DNA of 64,000 bases from Acidimicrobiia bacterium (GCA_041576165.1 JBFGLM010000002.1:112983-176982), one strand, 5' to 3'. Positions 17,361 to 26,808 are shown, counted from the stretch's first letter. Notes: generated from the sequence alone by a model not told the origin. A program made the numbers and translations.

Positions 17361-18142
17361 CGATGGATCCGCGCATGGCCGCGCGCCGCAGCCGGGTGGC
17401 CGAAGGGCGGGCCAAGACTGACCTCCGGCGCGTGATGTTGCTGGCGGCGGCCGCCGCGTTGGTTGGTGGGTTCATCTGGCTGCTGACATCGCCCTACATG
17501 TCCGTGCAGCGCATCGTGACGTACGGAGCCGACAACTCCAACGTTGCGGCGATCCTGACGCAGGAAGGTGTCACCGAAGGTCGGCCCTTGATCGCCATCC
17601 GCGCCGGCTCGGTGGCCGAGCGTCTCGAACAGGATCCCTGGATCGCCGACGCTGCGGTCGAACTCGTGTTTCCCAACCTGGTCGAAGTCACGGTGGCCGA
17701 GCGGGTCGGCGCCGCTTGGATAGACGTAGGGCAGCAGTGGGCGCAGGTGGCCCGGGACGGAGTAGTGGTCGGATATGCACCCGCCCCACCAGCCGACGCA
17801 GCCGTAGTGCGGCTGGTGGCGCCCGATCCGGGCCTCGGCGAGCCGCTCACGGACGACCTGGTGGTTGGTGCGGTCACGTTCGTGGGCGCCTTGCCGGCTC
17901 CGCTGATGCCCGGCGTGACGATCGGAGAGGACGGAGGTGAGGTATGGGCGCGGGTGGCCGACCGGCCGGTCCGGTTGGGCACCGCCACTGATATGGCGGC
18001 CAAGGCGGCCGCGGTGGCGGCAGTGGTACAGGCGACCGACGGCGGGATCATCGATGTGATCGCCCCGTCCCGTCCGGCCGTCCGCCCAGGCGAATCCCCC
18101 CGCGACGACAACCCTCAAGTTGAGGTAGAGAGTAATGGTTGA
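17357..18142 (+). CDS. ftsQ: cell division protein FtsQ/DivIB
   Basis: Basic N-terminus, TM helix, POTRA domain LEQDPWIADAAVELVFPNLVEVTVAER. Confidence 0.88.
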   Translation: MTMDPRMAARRSRVAEGRAKTDLRRVMLLAAAAALVGGFIWLLTSPYMSVQRIVTYGADNSNVAAILTQEGVTEGRPLIAIRAGSVAERLEQDPWIADAAVELVFPNLVEVTVAERVGAAWIDVGQQWAQVARDGVVVGYAPAPPADAAVVRLVAPDPGLGEPLTDDLVVGAVTFVGALPAPLMPGVTIGEDGGEVWARVADRPVRLGTATDMAAKAAAVAAVVQATDGGIIDVIAPSRPAVRPGESPRDDNPQVEVESNG

Positions 18143-18189
18143 GTCCTTTACGGCACGCGGTTGTGAGGTTAAGTTCAACTTCAGCTTGA
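18110..18189. promoter_or_regulatory. two palindromic boxes upstream of ftsZ (FtsR/Rv1828-like MerR operator candidate)
   Basis: AACCCTCAAGTTGAGGTAGAG (18110-18130) and TCAACTTCAGCTTGA (18175-18189), shared TCAAS-N5-STWGA pattern. Confidence 0.55.
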
Positions 18190-18561
18190 CCGCGGTGCGT
18201 GGTGCGGACGGTCGCCGAGGCGCCCATGAGAACGGTGCGAGCCGGGAGGAAACCGGCACGAGCCGGGATGTCGGCAGGGGCCTGGTCGATGCGGAGCTCG
18301 AGCCGATAGCCCGGCATGCCGGTCGGAGTCGGGAACCGCCCGGAATCGTCTACACGACCACGGGCCGCGCGGAGCGGACAAGCAGAGAACGGGCCGCCCG
18401 CCACGGTGGGGATGTCCTCGTGATGTGTCGGCCGACGCTGAGCGATAGCAATGAATGATGCAGGATTCAACGACGAACCGGGGCAGCAGCCTACGGACGG
18501 ATCACACGACGAACCGCGCGCGCCGCGGCACGCCCATGACCCATCGACAAAGGACCCACCC

Positions 18562-19626
18562 ATGACGCAACGTGCACCGAGCGGCCCCCACAGTTATCTC
18601 GCCGTCATCAAGGTGGTCGGCGTCGGCGGGGGCGGCGTGAACGCGGTGAATCGGATGATCGAGGCAGGCGTTCGTGGCGTCGAGTTCATCGCGGTCAACA
18701 CGGATGCCCAGGCGCTGTTGATGTCCGATGCGGACATCAAGCTCGATCTCGGTCGCGACGTCACCCGCGGCCTGGGTGCCGGTGCCAACCCCGAGGTTGG
18801 CCGGACCGCTGCTGAGGCCCATCGCGAGGAGCTCGAGGATGTGCTCAAAGGCGCCGACATGGTGTTCGTCACGGCCGGAGAGGGCGGCGGCACCGGCACC
18901 GGCGGGGCACCGGTGGTTGCCGAGGTGGCGCGGAGTCTCGGTTCTCTGACAGTGGGCGTAGTGACTCGCCCCTTTGGCTTCGAGGGGCGGCGTCGGTCGG
19001 TGGCGGCCGAACAGGGAATCCAGGAACTGCGCGATTCCGTGGACACGCTGATCATCATCCCCAACGACAAGCTGTTGGAGTTGACCGACGACAAGACCAG
19101 CGTCGTGGATGCCTTCGCGATGGCCGACGAGATCCTCATGAACGGCGTGGCCGGCATCACCGACATGATCACGACGCCCGGCTTGATCAACGTCGACTTC
19201 GCCGACGTCAAGACCGTCATGGCCGAAGCCGGATCCGCCGTGATGGGCATCGGGCGCTCCTCCGGAGAGGGCCGGGCACTCCAGGCTGCCGAACGGGCCA
19301 TGTCGTCGCCGCTGCTCGAGACGTCGATGGAAGGCGCTCGCGGGGTGCTGCTGTCCGTTGCCGGGCCGCCCAACATGACCCTGCATGAAGTGAACGACGC
19401 GGCAGTGGCGGTCTCCGATCACTGTGACGACGACGCCCAGATCATCTTCGGGGCGGTCATCGATGACACCCTCGGCGAGGAGATGTCCGTGACGGTGATA
19501 GCAGCCGGGTTCGAACGGGGACGGCGTCAAACCCGTGCGTTCACCTCAGGCGTCATGACGGGGGCAGGTGAGCGCATTGATGACGGCGGTCTGGATCTCG
19601 ACATCCCGGACTTTGTCGAAGGCTGA
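18562..19626 (+). CDS. ftsZ: cell division protein FtsZ
   Basis: IKVVGVGGGGVNAVNRM, GGGTGTG tubulin signature, INVDFADV, C-terminal DLDIPDF; AAGGA RBS before ATG 18562 (alternative start 18451). Confidence 0.98.
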   Translation: MTQRAPSGPHSYLAVIKVVGVGGGGVNAVNRMIEAGVRGVEFIAVNTDAQALLMSDADIKLDLGRDVTRGLGAGANPEVGRTAAEAHREELEDVLKGADMVFVTAGEGGGTGTGGAPVVAEVARSLGSLTVGVVTRPFGFEGRRRSVAAEQGIQELRDSVDTLIIIPNDKLLELTDDKTSVVDAFAMADEILMNGVAGITDMITTPGLINVDFADVKTVMAEAGSAVMGIGRSSGEGRALQAAERAMSSPLLETSMEGARGVLLSVAGPPNMTLHEVNDAAVAVSDHCDDDAQIIFGAVIDDTLGEEMSVTVIAAGFERGRRQTRAFTSGVMTGAGERIDDGGLDLDIPDFVEG

Positions 19627-20257
19627 AGCCGCCCGGCTCTTCATTCGGCCCTCCGGTATCCGCGGGGCTGCGTTCTCGACGGCCGCCGCAGGAGACCTGC
19701 GCGGAGGCGACCGAACGATGATCGCCGGAGAGCTGGGGCTCGAGCGTGAGTGGGCGACCGTTCGCCAGGTTCACAGGACGGACGTCCGGCGGGCGGAGGG
19801 CCCGGGTGATGCCGGGGAGGGCGACGCACTATTCACTACGGTCCGGGCCCTCCCGCTCGTGGTATTCACCGCCGACTGCGCCGGAGTGGTGATCGAAGCG
19901 GCCGGCGCGGTCGGTGTCGCCCACGGAGGTTGGCGCGGGACGGCTGCCGGCGTCGCCGCCGAGCTGGTAGCGGCCATGGAGGCGGCGGGTCACTCCCCGC
20001 AGCGGGCGGCGGTGGGCCCGACGATCGGTCCATGCTGCTACGAGGTAGGGCAAGAGGTCGTCCGGCTGTTCCCAGGGTTCGTCACGGAGACCACATGGGG
20101 AGCACCCAGTGTCGATCTGGTTTCGGCGTTGCGCGACCAGCTGGTCGGAATCGAGGTCGTGGTCAGTGGCGGCTGCACACGCTGTGACCTGGGCTACTTC
20201 TCGCACCGCCGCAATCAGACCGGGCATCGCATGGCTGCGATCGGCTGGCTGCCGTGA
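19613..20257 (+). CDS. pgeF: PgeF/YfiH family protein (purine nucleoside phosphorylase / polyphenol oxidase-like)
   Basis: QVH, GDALFT, TADC, AHGGWRG, GPTIGPCCYEVG, FSHRR; start uncertain. Confidence 0.9.
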   Translation: MSKAEAARLFIRPSGIRGAAFSTAAAGDLRGGDRTMIAGELGLEREWATVRQVHRTDVRRAEGPGDAGEGDALFTTVRALPLVVFTADCAGVVIEAAGAVGVAHGGWRGTAAGVAAELVAAMEAAGHSPQRAAVGPTIGPCCYEVGQEVVRLFPGFVTETTWGAPSVDLVSALRDQLVGIEVVVSGGCTRCDLGYFSHRRNQTGHRMAAIGWLP

Positions 20258-20910
20258 AACTCGATGAGGTGCGGGACCGGGTGGCGGCAGCTGCGGAGCG
20301 AGGGGGACGCTCGCCGGCTGAGATCACCCTGGTTGCGGTGAGCAAGGGTCAGCCCCTCAGTGCGGTCGAAGCCGCCTATGAACTCGGCCAGCGGGACTTC
20401 GGCGAGAGTCGAGCGCAGGAGCTGGTAAGCAAGATCCCGCACCTGCCGAATGACAGTCGCTGGCATTTCATCGGCCCTCTCCAGAGGAACAAGGTGCGCC
20501 TGGTCCGTCCATCGGTGGTGCTGCTCCAATCTCTCGACCGAGTGAGCCTGGCCGCAGCCTGGCTCAAGGGTCCCGGAGTGGCGCCGCCAGCCCTGCTGCA
20601 GATCAACATCGGCCGGGAGCCGCAGAAATCGGGAGTGGATCCGACCGATACCCAGTCGGCGCTGGCGGAGATGCGTGCCCTCGGTGTGGACGTCCAGGGG
20701 GTGATGGCGATACCGCCGTACCTCAGCGACGGCGACCAGCTTCGGCCATATTTCCGGGAGCTGGTGGAACTCCGAGATTCGCTGGCTGCCCACGATTGCC
20801 CGCTCCCGATCGTGTCGATGGGCATGACCGACGATTATGAGGTGGCAATCGAGGAAGGATCGACCATGATACGGGTCGGACGGGCTATCTTTGGCGAGCG
20901 CACAAGGTAG
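20254..20910 (+). CDS. yggS: PLP homeostasis protein YggS
   Basis: LVAVSK, DFGESRAQE, WHFIGPLQRNKV, SMGMTDDYEVAIEEGSTMIRVGRAIFG. Confidence 0.96.
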   Translation: MKLDEVRDRVAAAAERGGRSPAEITLVAVSKGQPLSAVEAAYELGQRDFGESRAQELVSKIPHLPNDSRWHFIGPLQRNKVRLVRPSVVLLQSLDRVSLAAAWLKGPGVAPPALLQINIGREPQKSGVDPTDTQSALAEMRALGVDVQGVMAIPPYLSDGDQLRPYFRELVELRDSLAAHDCPLPIVSMGMTDDYEVAIEEGSTMIRVGRAIFGERTR

Positions 20911-20917
20911 GCGTGAG

Positions 20918-21490
20918 ATGGCTTCGATGTGGCAAAAGACACTCTTGTATCTGGGACTGGTCGACGAAGATGGTATTGACGAAGGGCCTGCCGGCCCGCC
21001 GACTCAAGCGCGCCCGGCGGCGCCGTCGCCTGCGGGTCGGCCCCAGGTAGCGCCGACCCAGCCACAGCACCCGGCCACCGGTGAGCAGCGTATCGGGCGT
21101 CGCGTCGAGCCCCCGCCGCCGACGCGCCGTCGCACGACCGCCGAGCCGGCACAGCGGGTGCACACCGACGCCGGAGTGGTCCTGCGCCGCGGGGACTATG
21201 CGGGCCCCACCGCCAGCCATGCGGAGATAATCGCAGCGCATTCGTTCGCCGACGCCAAGCGACTGGCCGATCTAGTGCGGGAGCGAGTTCCCGTCATCGT
21301 CAACCTTCGCGATACGGATCCGGACATGGTTCGGCGATTGGTCGATTTTGCGAGCGGTCTCATCTACGCGCTCGACGGCACGATGCGCAAGGTCGCCGAA
21401 GGAGTCATTCTGGTCAGCCCGCCCCGAGTCACGCTTTCCGCCGACGAGGAACGCCGCCTCGTCGACCTCGGCCTCTACGACGAGAGCTGA
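20918..21490 (+). CDS. sepF: cell division protein SepF
   Basis: N-terminal amphipathic MASMWQKTLLYLGL; C-terminal PVIVNL...RRLVDFASGLIYALDG. Confidence 0.95.
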   Translation: MASMWQKTLLYLGLVDEDGIDEGPAGPPTQARPAAPSPAGRPQVAPTQPQHPATGEQRIGRRVEPPPPTRRRTTAEPAQRVHTDAGVVLRRGDYAGPTASHAEIIAAHSFADAKRLADLVRERVPVIVNLRDTDPDMVRRLVDFASGLIYALDGTMRKVAEGVILVSPPRVTLSADEERRLVDLGLYDES

Positions 21491-21498
21491 ACGAGACT

Positions 21499-21753
21499 GT
21501 GGGAATCATCTGCACAATCCTGGCGCTCTACGTTTGGGTCGTGATCGCCCGGATCATTTTGGAGTGGATTCCGGTGCCCGGCGATCACCCGGTGGGTCAG
21601 GTGCGGCGAGGGCTCGCTCGGGTGACCGACCCGGTTCTGATGCCGCTCCGGCGCGCAATTCCCCCGCTGCGAACCGGCAGCATCGCGCTCGACCTGTCAC
21701 CGATCGTCTTGATCCTGGGCCTGCAGGTGATCCAGGCTGTGCTCTGCCGCTGA
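21499..21753 (+). CDS. yggT: YggT family membrane protein
   Basis: ARIILEW, VTDPVLMPLRRAIP, LDLSPI. Confidence 0.92.
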   Translation: MGIICTILALYVWVVIARIILEWIPVPGDHPVGQVRRGLARVTDPVLMPLRRAIPPLRTGSIALDLSPIVLILGLQVIQAVLCR

Positions 21754-21829
21754 ACGGCGATCGGGCCATTACCGGTGAAGGCTCAGGCTGCGGTGTATTC
21801 TGCCGCGATCCGGCCTGGGAGTACACGGC

Positions 21830-22636
21830 ATGCCGATGACGCCAACCGACGTACAACAGAAGACATTTCGGGTCGCGCTCCGCGGTTACGCCGAAGATGA
21901 GGTAGACGAGTTCCTGGACGAAGTAGTCCTGTCGATCCGCGAATACGAGCAGCGGCTGGAAGAGCTGTCGTTCCAGGTAGGGAGCCTCGAGTCGGAGTTG
22001 GCCGAGACCCGCCACACCGAGGACGCCATGCGGCGAACGTTGTTGCTGGCCGAGCGGACTGCCGCCGAGATCACCGAAGAGGCCCGGCGTGACGCTGAGC
22101 GGATCGTGTCCGAGGCGCGTACGACCGCCAATTCGCTGACAGCGGAGCAAGCACAGGAGCGTCAGGAGCTGCTCGCCGAACTGCACCGGCTCCGCGACAT
22201 CGTCACCGATGTCCGCGAGCGACTTGGCGACGTCACCAGGGATACTCAGTCCCGGCTGGCGCCCGTGTCCAGCCAGATAGACCGGACACTCGATGAATAT
22301 GAAGACCAGGACCACGAACCCGAGCCAGCCGACTCCCGTCCCGAGCTGCACGCAGTTGACGATACCGACGAGTGGTCTGAAGGTGACGAATCGGACGAGG
22401 CCGAAACGGAAGACTGGGATTCCGGTGATGGAACCTACTGGGACCGGGGGGCCGATCGATCAGACGGCTCGGACGATGCCGAAACCGACGGTGGCGAACT
22501 CGACGAATCGGTAGCTGCTGCGAGCGACGAGGTGGACGACGTGGCGGATGAGGCCGACGAGCTTGCGACCGATGCACGAGACGAGGCCGAGGATCTCGGG
22601 ACCCGGCGCCGGCCATGGGAGCGGTTCAGCGACTGA
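21830..22636 (+). CDS. divIVA: DivIVA/Wag31 family protein with long acidic tail
   Basis: MTPTDVQQKTFRVALRGYAEDEVDEFLDEV DivIVA domain plus coiled coil. Confidence 0.93.
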   Translation: MPMTPTDVQQKTFRVALRGYAEDEVDEFLDEVVLSIREYEQRLEELSFQVGSLESELAETRHTEDAMRRTLLLAERTAAEITEEARRDAERIVSEARTTANSLTAEQAQERQELLAELHRLRDIVTDVRERLGDVTRDTQSRLAPVSSQIDRTLDEYEDQDHEPEPADSRPELHAVDDTDEWSEGDESDEAETEDWDSGDGTYWDRGADRSDGSDDAETDGGELDESVAAASDEVDDVADEADELATDARDEAEDLGTRRRPWERFSD

Positions 22637-22671
22637 GTGGCGTCGCGCCATGCCGCCTGCCGGCGGTCACC

Positions 22672-25600
22672 TCATCGCACCCGCTCCAGCACGACGGCCA
22701 GAGACGCATCACCCACGGTGACCAGCTGATCGGCGGCTTGCGGATCGCGTCGCATTTCGACCGCCAACACCTCCTCGCCGATGAACGAGCTGTGCCGGTC
22801 GATGGCGGCGGCGAGGTGGTCGTCGTCGGTGTGCCATGCGACGCTGACCCGGTCGGAGACCGCCAGGTCGAGATCGCGGCGAATACCCTGCAGGCGGTTC
22901 ACCACCTCGCGGGCCAGCCCCTCGGATATCAGCTCGGGTGACAAGGTCGTCTCCAGGGCCACTGAGAGGGCGCCGTCTGTCGAAACTGCCAGACCCGCTT
23001 TGGGTTCCCGGGTGATGATCACGTCGTCCGTCGTCAACTCGTGACCGGCCACAACCAGCGGAGCGCCGCCGATGAAGTCATCGAGTTCCTCAGTGGTCAG
23101 CGTGGCCAGTCCGGCATTGACGTCCTTGACATGTGCGCCGAGCCGGGGACCCAGCGTCTTGAAGTTCGCCTTGGCCCGCAGGGCAACGACCGACGCCTCG
23201 TCCGGACGAACCCGGACTTCTTTGACGTTGAGTTCTTCGCTGATCAGAGCCACGTGGGATGCCACTGCTCGGTCGGCTGCGGGCTCACGGGTGAGCACGG
23301 TCAGCCGCTGTAGTGGCTGACGGATACCCACCTGCTCCTTGGCCCGGATGCCGCGGCCGAGTGCGACAACCGTTCGCACCGTGGCCATCGCATCCTCGAG
23401 CTCCGCGTCGATCATCGAACGATCCGCCTGCGGGAAGTCGGTGAGGTGGACGCTGGCCGGAACATCGCCGGCGGGCGCATGGTCGACCACCAATCCCTGG
23501 TAGATCTCCTCGGAGACGAAGGGCAATACCGGGGCGAGCACCTGCACGAACGTGCTCAGGACATCGCGCAGGGTCGCGAATGCCGCCAGCTTGTCCGCCT
23601 CGTCATCGCCCCTGGCTCGCCAGAACCGACGCCGGGACCGGCGCACGTACCAGTTGGTCAAATCATCTATGAAACCCAGGGTTGGCGGCACGACGCTGTA
23701 GAGCCGGTAGCCCTCCATCTCCCGGTTGACATCCGCTACGAGGCTTTGGAGCACCGACAGAATCCACCGGTCGATCTCGGGCCGGTCGGCGGGTGCCGCC
23801 GCCGCCGCCATATCCTCCACCGTGATGCCGTCCGCCTCGGCGTACGTGGTGAAGAACGAGTAGCTGTTCCACAAGGGCAGAAGCACGGTTCGCACCACAT
23901 CCCGCACCCCCTCCTGGGAGAATCGGAGAGGTTCGGCCCGAAGCACCGGGGAGTTGATCAGATATGCCCGCAGGGCGTCGGCCCCGAACTCGTCGAGTAT
24001 GTCCATCGGGTCCGGGTAGTTCTTCAGGCTCTTGGACATCTTCCGGCCGTCCCCCGCCAGGATCATCCCGTTGACCACGCAGTTCTGGAACGAGGGACCA
24101 TCAAACAGCGCGGCCGCCAGCACATGGAGGGTGTAGAACCAGCCCCGGGTCTGGTCCAGACCCTCCGCAATGAACTGGGCAGGGAACGTGTTTTCGAACA
24201 GTTCCCGGTTCTCGAACGGATAGTGGACCTGGGCATAGGGCATCGAACCCGATTCGAACCAACAATCGAGAACCTCGGGCACCCGGACCATCTCACCTTC
24301 ACACCCCGGCTCGTCGCACGGCCAGGTGACGAGATCGATGATGTGCTTGTGGAGGTCGTCGGGCCGCCGCCCCGAGGCCGTTTCCAGCTCATCGCGGGAA
24401 CCAATCGCCGCGAAGTCGCCGCACGTGTCGCATTGCCAAACCGGGATGCAGCTGCCCCAGTAGCGGTTGCGGCTGATGGCCCAATCCCGAGCCCCTTCGA
24501 GCCAGTTGCCGAAGCGGCGGGATCCCACGTAGTCGGGCACCCAGTTGATCGCGTTGTTGTGCTCGACCATTCGGTCTTTGAACTCCTCGACCCGCACGAA
24601 CCAGGTGGGAATCGCCTTGTAGATCAGCGGCGTGCCCGTGCGATAGCAGAAGGGGTACGAGTGAGTGATCCGCTCGCTCCGGACGAGGATGCCGGCATCT
24701 TTGAGGAGGCGGACCAGCACCCCGTCGGCGTCTTTGATGTTCATGCCGGCGACATCCCCCGCTTCCTCGGTGAAGCGTCCCTCGGCGTCGACCGGATCGA
24801 CCAGCACGTCGAGGCCGGCTGCTTGAAGAGCAAAGAAGTCGGCTTCGCCGTACGCCGGAGCCATGTGCACCAGGCCGGTGCCGTCCTCGGTGGTGACATC
24901 CGTCGACAGCAATACCCGGAAAGCTCCCCGGTCGCGCTCGGTGCCGAAATAGTCGAATGGCGGCAGGTACCCGACACCGGCCAGCTCGGCGCCGGTCGCG
25001 CGGGCGGCCGGGCTGGTGCCTTCGGGCCAATACGCGTCGACCCGAGACTCCGCCAGCCAGAATCGCTGGTCGCCTTCATCGATCCGGACGTAGCTGATCT
25101 CCTCACCAACCGCCACGGCCAGGTTGCCGGGGAGGGTCCACGGGGTAGTGGTCCAGATGAGCAGATAGTCGCCGGCTGCGACCGGCCCGGCCCCTTCGGT
25201 GACCGCCAGCTTCACCGTGATCGAGGGGTCCTCGGTGTCGCGATAGTCCAGGTTTGCCTCGAAGTTGGACAGTGGCGTTGTGGCACCCCATGAGTACGGC
25301 AGGACCTTGAAGTCGCGGTAGATCAGCTCCTTGTCCCACAACCGCTTGAAGACCCACCAGACCGACTCCATGAAGTCGACATCCATCGTCTTGTAGTCGT
25401 TCTCCATGTCGACCCACCGGCCCACGCGGCGCACCATCGTTTCCCACTCGTCGGCGGTCGTCTCCACCAGGGCCCGGCACGCTTCGTTGAACCGATCTAT
25501 CCCGTATTCCGCAATCTGACGGGGACCGGAGATGCCCAGTTCCTTCTCGACCTCCATCTCCACCGGCAGCCCGTGGGTGTCCCATCCGAAGCGCCGCTCC

Positions 25601-25854
25601 ACCCGATAGCCGCGCATCGCCCAGTACCTGGGCACGACGTCCTTGATGATCCCGGCAAGGATGTGGCCGTAGTGCGGTGACCCGTTGGCGAAAGGTGGCC
25701 CGTCATAGAAGACGTATCCCATGTCGCGTGGGCGCATCTCGACCTGCTGGTTGAACGCGTCGATGTCGTCCCACAGGTCGAGGATGCGCGTGTCGATCGC
25801 AGGGAGGTCGAGGCGTGGTGCGACTCGAGTGAAGCCTTTTTGAGGTTGCGTCAT
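22672..25854 (-). CDS. ileS: isoleucine--tRNA ligase (type 2)
   Basis: YDGPPFANGSPHYGH, GWDTHGLP, WTTTPWTLP, DWAISRNRYWG, EGLDQTRGWF, KMSKS; GAGGA RBS. Confidence 0.97.
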   Translation of the reverse strand: MTQPQKGFTRVAPRLDLPAIDTRILDLWDDIDAFNQQVEMRPRDMGYVFYDGPPFANGSPHYGHILAGIIKDVVPRYWAMRGYRVERRFGWDTHGLPVEMEVEKELGISGPRQIAEYGIDRFNEACRALVETTADEWETMVRRVGRWVDMENDYKTMDVDFMESVWWVFKRLWDKELIYRDFKVLPYSWGATTPLSNFEANLDYRDTEDPSITVKLAVTEGAGPVAAGDYLLIWTTTPWTLPGNLAVAVGEEISYVRIDEGDQRFWLAESRVDAYWPEGTSPAARATGAELAGVGYLPPFDYFGTERDRGAFRVLLSTDVTTEDGTGLVHMAPAYGEADFFALQAAGLDVLVDPVDAEGRFTEEAGDVAGMNIKDADGVLVRLLKDAGILVRSERITHSYPFCYRTGTPLIYKAIPTWFVRVEEFKDRMVEHNNAINWVPDYVGSRRFGNWLEGARDWAISRNRYWGSCIPVWQCDTCGDFAAIGSRDELETASGRRPDDLHKHIIDLVTWPCDEPGCEGEMVRVPEVLDCWFESGSMPYAQVHYPFENRELFENTFPAQFIAEGLDQTRGWFYTLHVLAAALFDGPSFQNCVVNGMILAGDGRKMSKSLKNYPDPMDILDEFGADALRAYLINSPVLRAEPLRFSQEGVRDVVRTVLLPLWNSYSFFTTYAEADGITVEDMAAAAAPADRPEIDRWILSVLQSLVADVNREMEGYRLYSVVPPTLGFIDDLTNWYVRRSRRRFWRARGDDEADKLAAFATLRDVLSTFVQVLAPVLPFVSEEIYQGLVVDHAPAGDVPASVHLTDFPQADRSMIDAELEDAMATVRTVVALGRGIRAKEQVGIRQPLQRLTVLTREPAADRAVASHVALISEELNVKEVRVRPDEASVVALRAKANFKTLGPRLGAHVKDVNAGLATLTTEELDDFIGGAPLVVAGHELTTDDVIITREPKAGLAVSTDGALSVALETTLSPELISEGLAREVVNRLQGIRRDLDLAVSDRVSVAWHTDDDHLAAAIDRHSSFIGEEVLAVEMRRDPQAADQLVTVGDASLAVVLERVR

Positions 25855-26070
25855 CCGGTCCTCACGGGGGCGACGCGGCATCGTAGCCGCGTTCGTGGGC
25901 TGCCAAGGGAGGTCGCGGGGCGAGCCGTTCGGTTCCGACAACGGGCGGGTCGCCGGCTGGGAGATGTGGGGTCGGCGCGGGTTCGTCGGGCACGCCCCCG
26001 GTTCATAGTGGTGACCGGCCCGCCGTACCCGGGCCGATCTTCCGTTCTTTCGTCGGGATACCATCACCGG

Positions 26071-26790
26071 ATGTCCGCCGTCGACTTCGCGCGCGCCCTG
26101 GCTGCGCACCCTGAAGGGGTGATGATGGCGGTTTGGGCGGTACCCGGAGCATCCCGCACCGAGGTGTCGGGCTTGCACGGAGATGCCGTGCGAGTCCGGG
26201 TTGCAGCCCCGCCTGAAGGCGGACGGGCCAACCGGGCCATCATCACGTTGTTTGCCGGAATCTTCGACGCTCGGGTTGACATGGCGGCGGGCACCACCTC
26301 GCGCAAGAAGCGCTTGCTGGTAGAGCGCGTTTCCGTTGAGGAGGCCGCTGATGCCCTGTCCCGGGCTACAAAGGCTGGATGTCTGCTATGTTCCCGGCGC
26401 CAGGAGGTGTCGGTGCCTGCACGGAAACCCACCGCGGCGGACCTGAAGAAGTTCCGAGCGCTGCTCGAAGAGGAGCAGAGCCGCCTCAGCGCGGTGCTCA
26501 AGGCACATGAGACCGAGATCGAAGAGGCGCGCCTGGCCGAAACGTCGGCGGATCGCGACGCCGACCCCGAGAACGCCGACGCCGGTGCCATGCGGTACGA
26601 GATGCAGAAGGAACTGGCGGTCGATCTCAATGCCAGAGACATACTGGCCAAAGTGGGATACGCGCTCGGTCGGATCGAGGCGAAGACGTACGGGATCTGC
26701 GAGGATTGCGGCAACCCCATCCCCAAAGCGCGGCTCGAGGCCATCCCGTACACCAGCCTGTGCGTCAAATGCGCGTCGGCCCGGCGCTGA
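26071..26790 (+). CDS. DUF167 (YggU) domain in frame with a DksA/TraR C4 zinc-finger domain
   Basis: AVPGASRT...RVRVAAPPEGGRAN...GTTSRKK (DUF167); no stop codon before the DksA-like part. Confidence 0.7.
   Translation: MSAVDFARALAAHPEGVMMAVWAVPGASRTEVSGLHGDAVRVRVAAPPEGGRANRAIITLFAGIFDARVDMAAGTTSRKKRLLVERVSVEEAADALSRATKAGCLLCSRRQEVSVPARKPTAADLKKFRALLEEEQSRLSAVLKAHETEIEEARLAETSADRDADPENADAGAMRYEMQKELAVDLNARDILAKVGYALGRIEAKTYGICEDCGNPIPKARLEAIPYTSLCVKCASARR
26413..26790 (+). CDS. TraR/DksA C4-type zinc finger protein (internal start)
   Basis: AGGAGG at 26402 then GTG 26413; coiled coil with DPENAD tip; YGICEDCGNPIPKARLEAIPYTSLCVKC. Confidence 0.85.
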   Translation: MPARKPTAADLKKFRALLEEEQSRLSAVLKAHETEIEEARLAETSADRDADPENADAGAMRYEMQKELAVDLNARDILAKVGYALGRIEAKTYGICEDCGNPIPKARLEAIPYTSLCVKCASARR

Positions 26791-26808
26791 CGCTGTTTCG
26801 GACTCGCC

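Noticed and set aside
23446-25293. 615-aa plus-strand ORF (also 26064..27848, 7740..9266, 40244..41674, 51144..52451, 61525..62784)
   Set aside because: Antisense shadows of clearly identified genes; expected from high-GC codon bias and carrying no family motifs.
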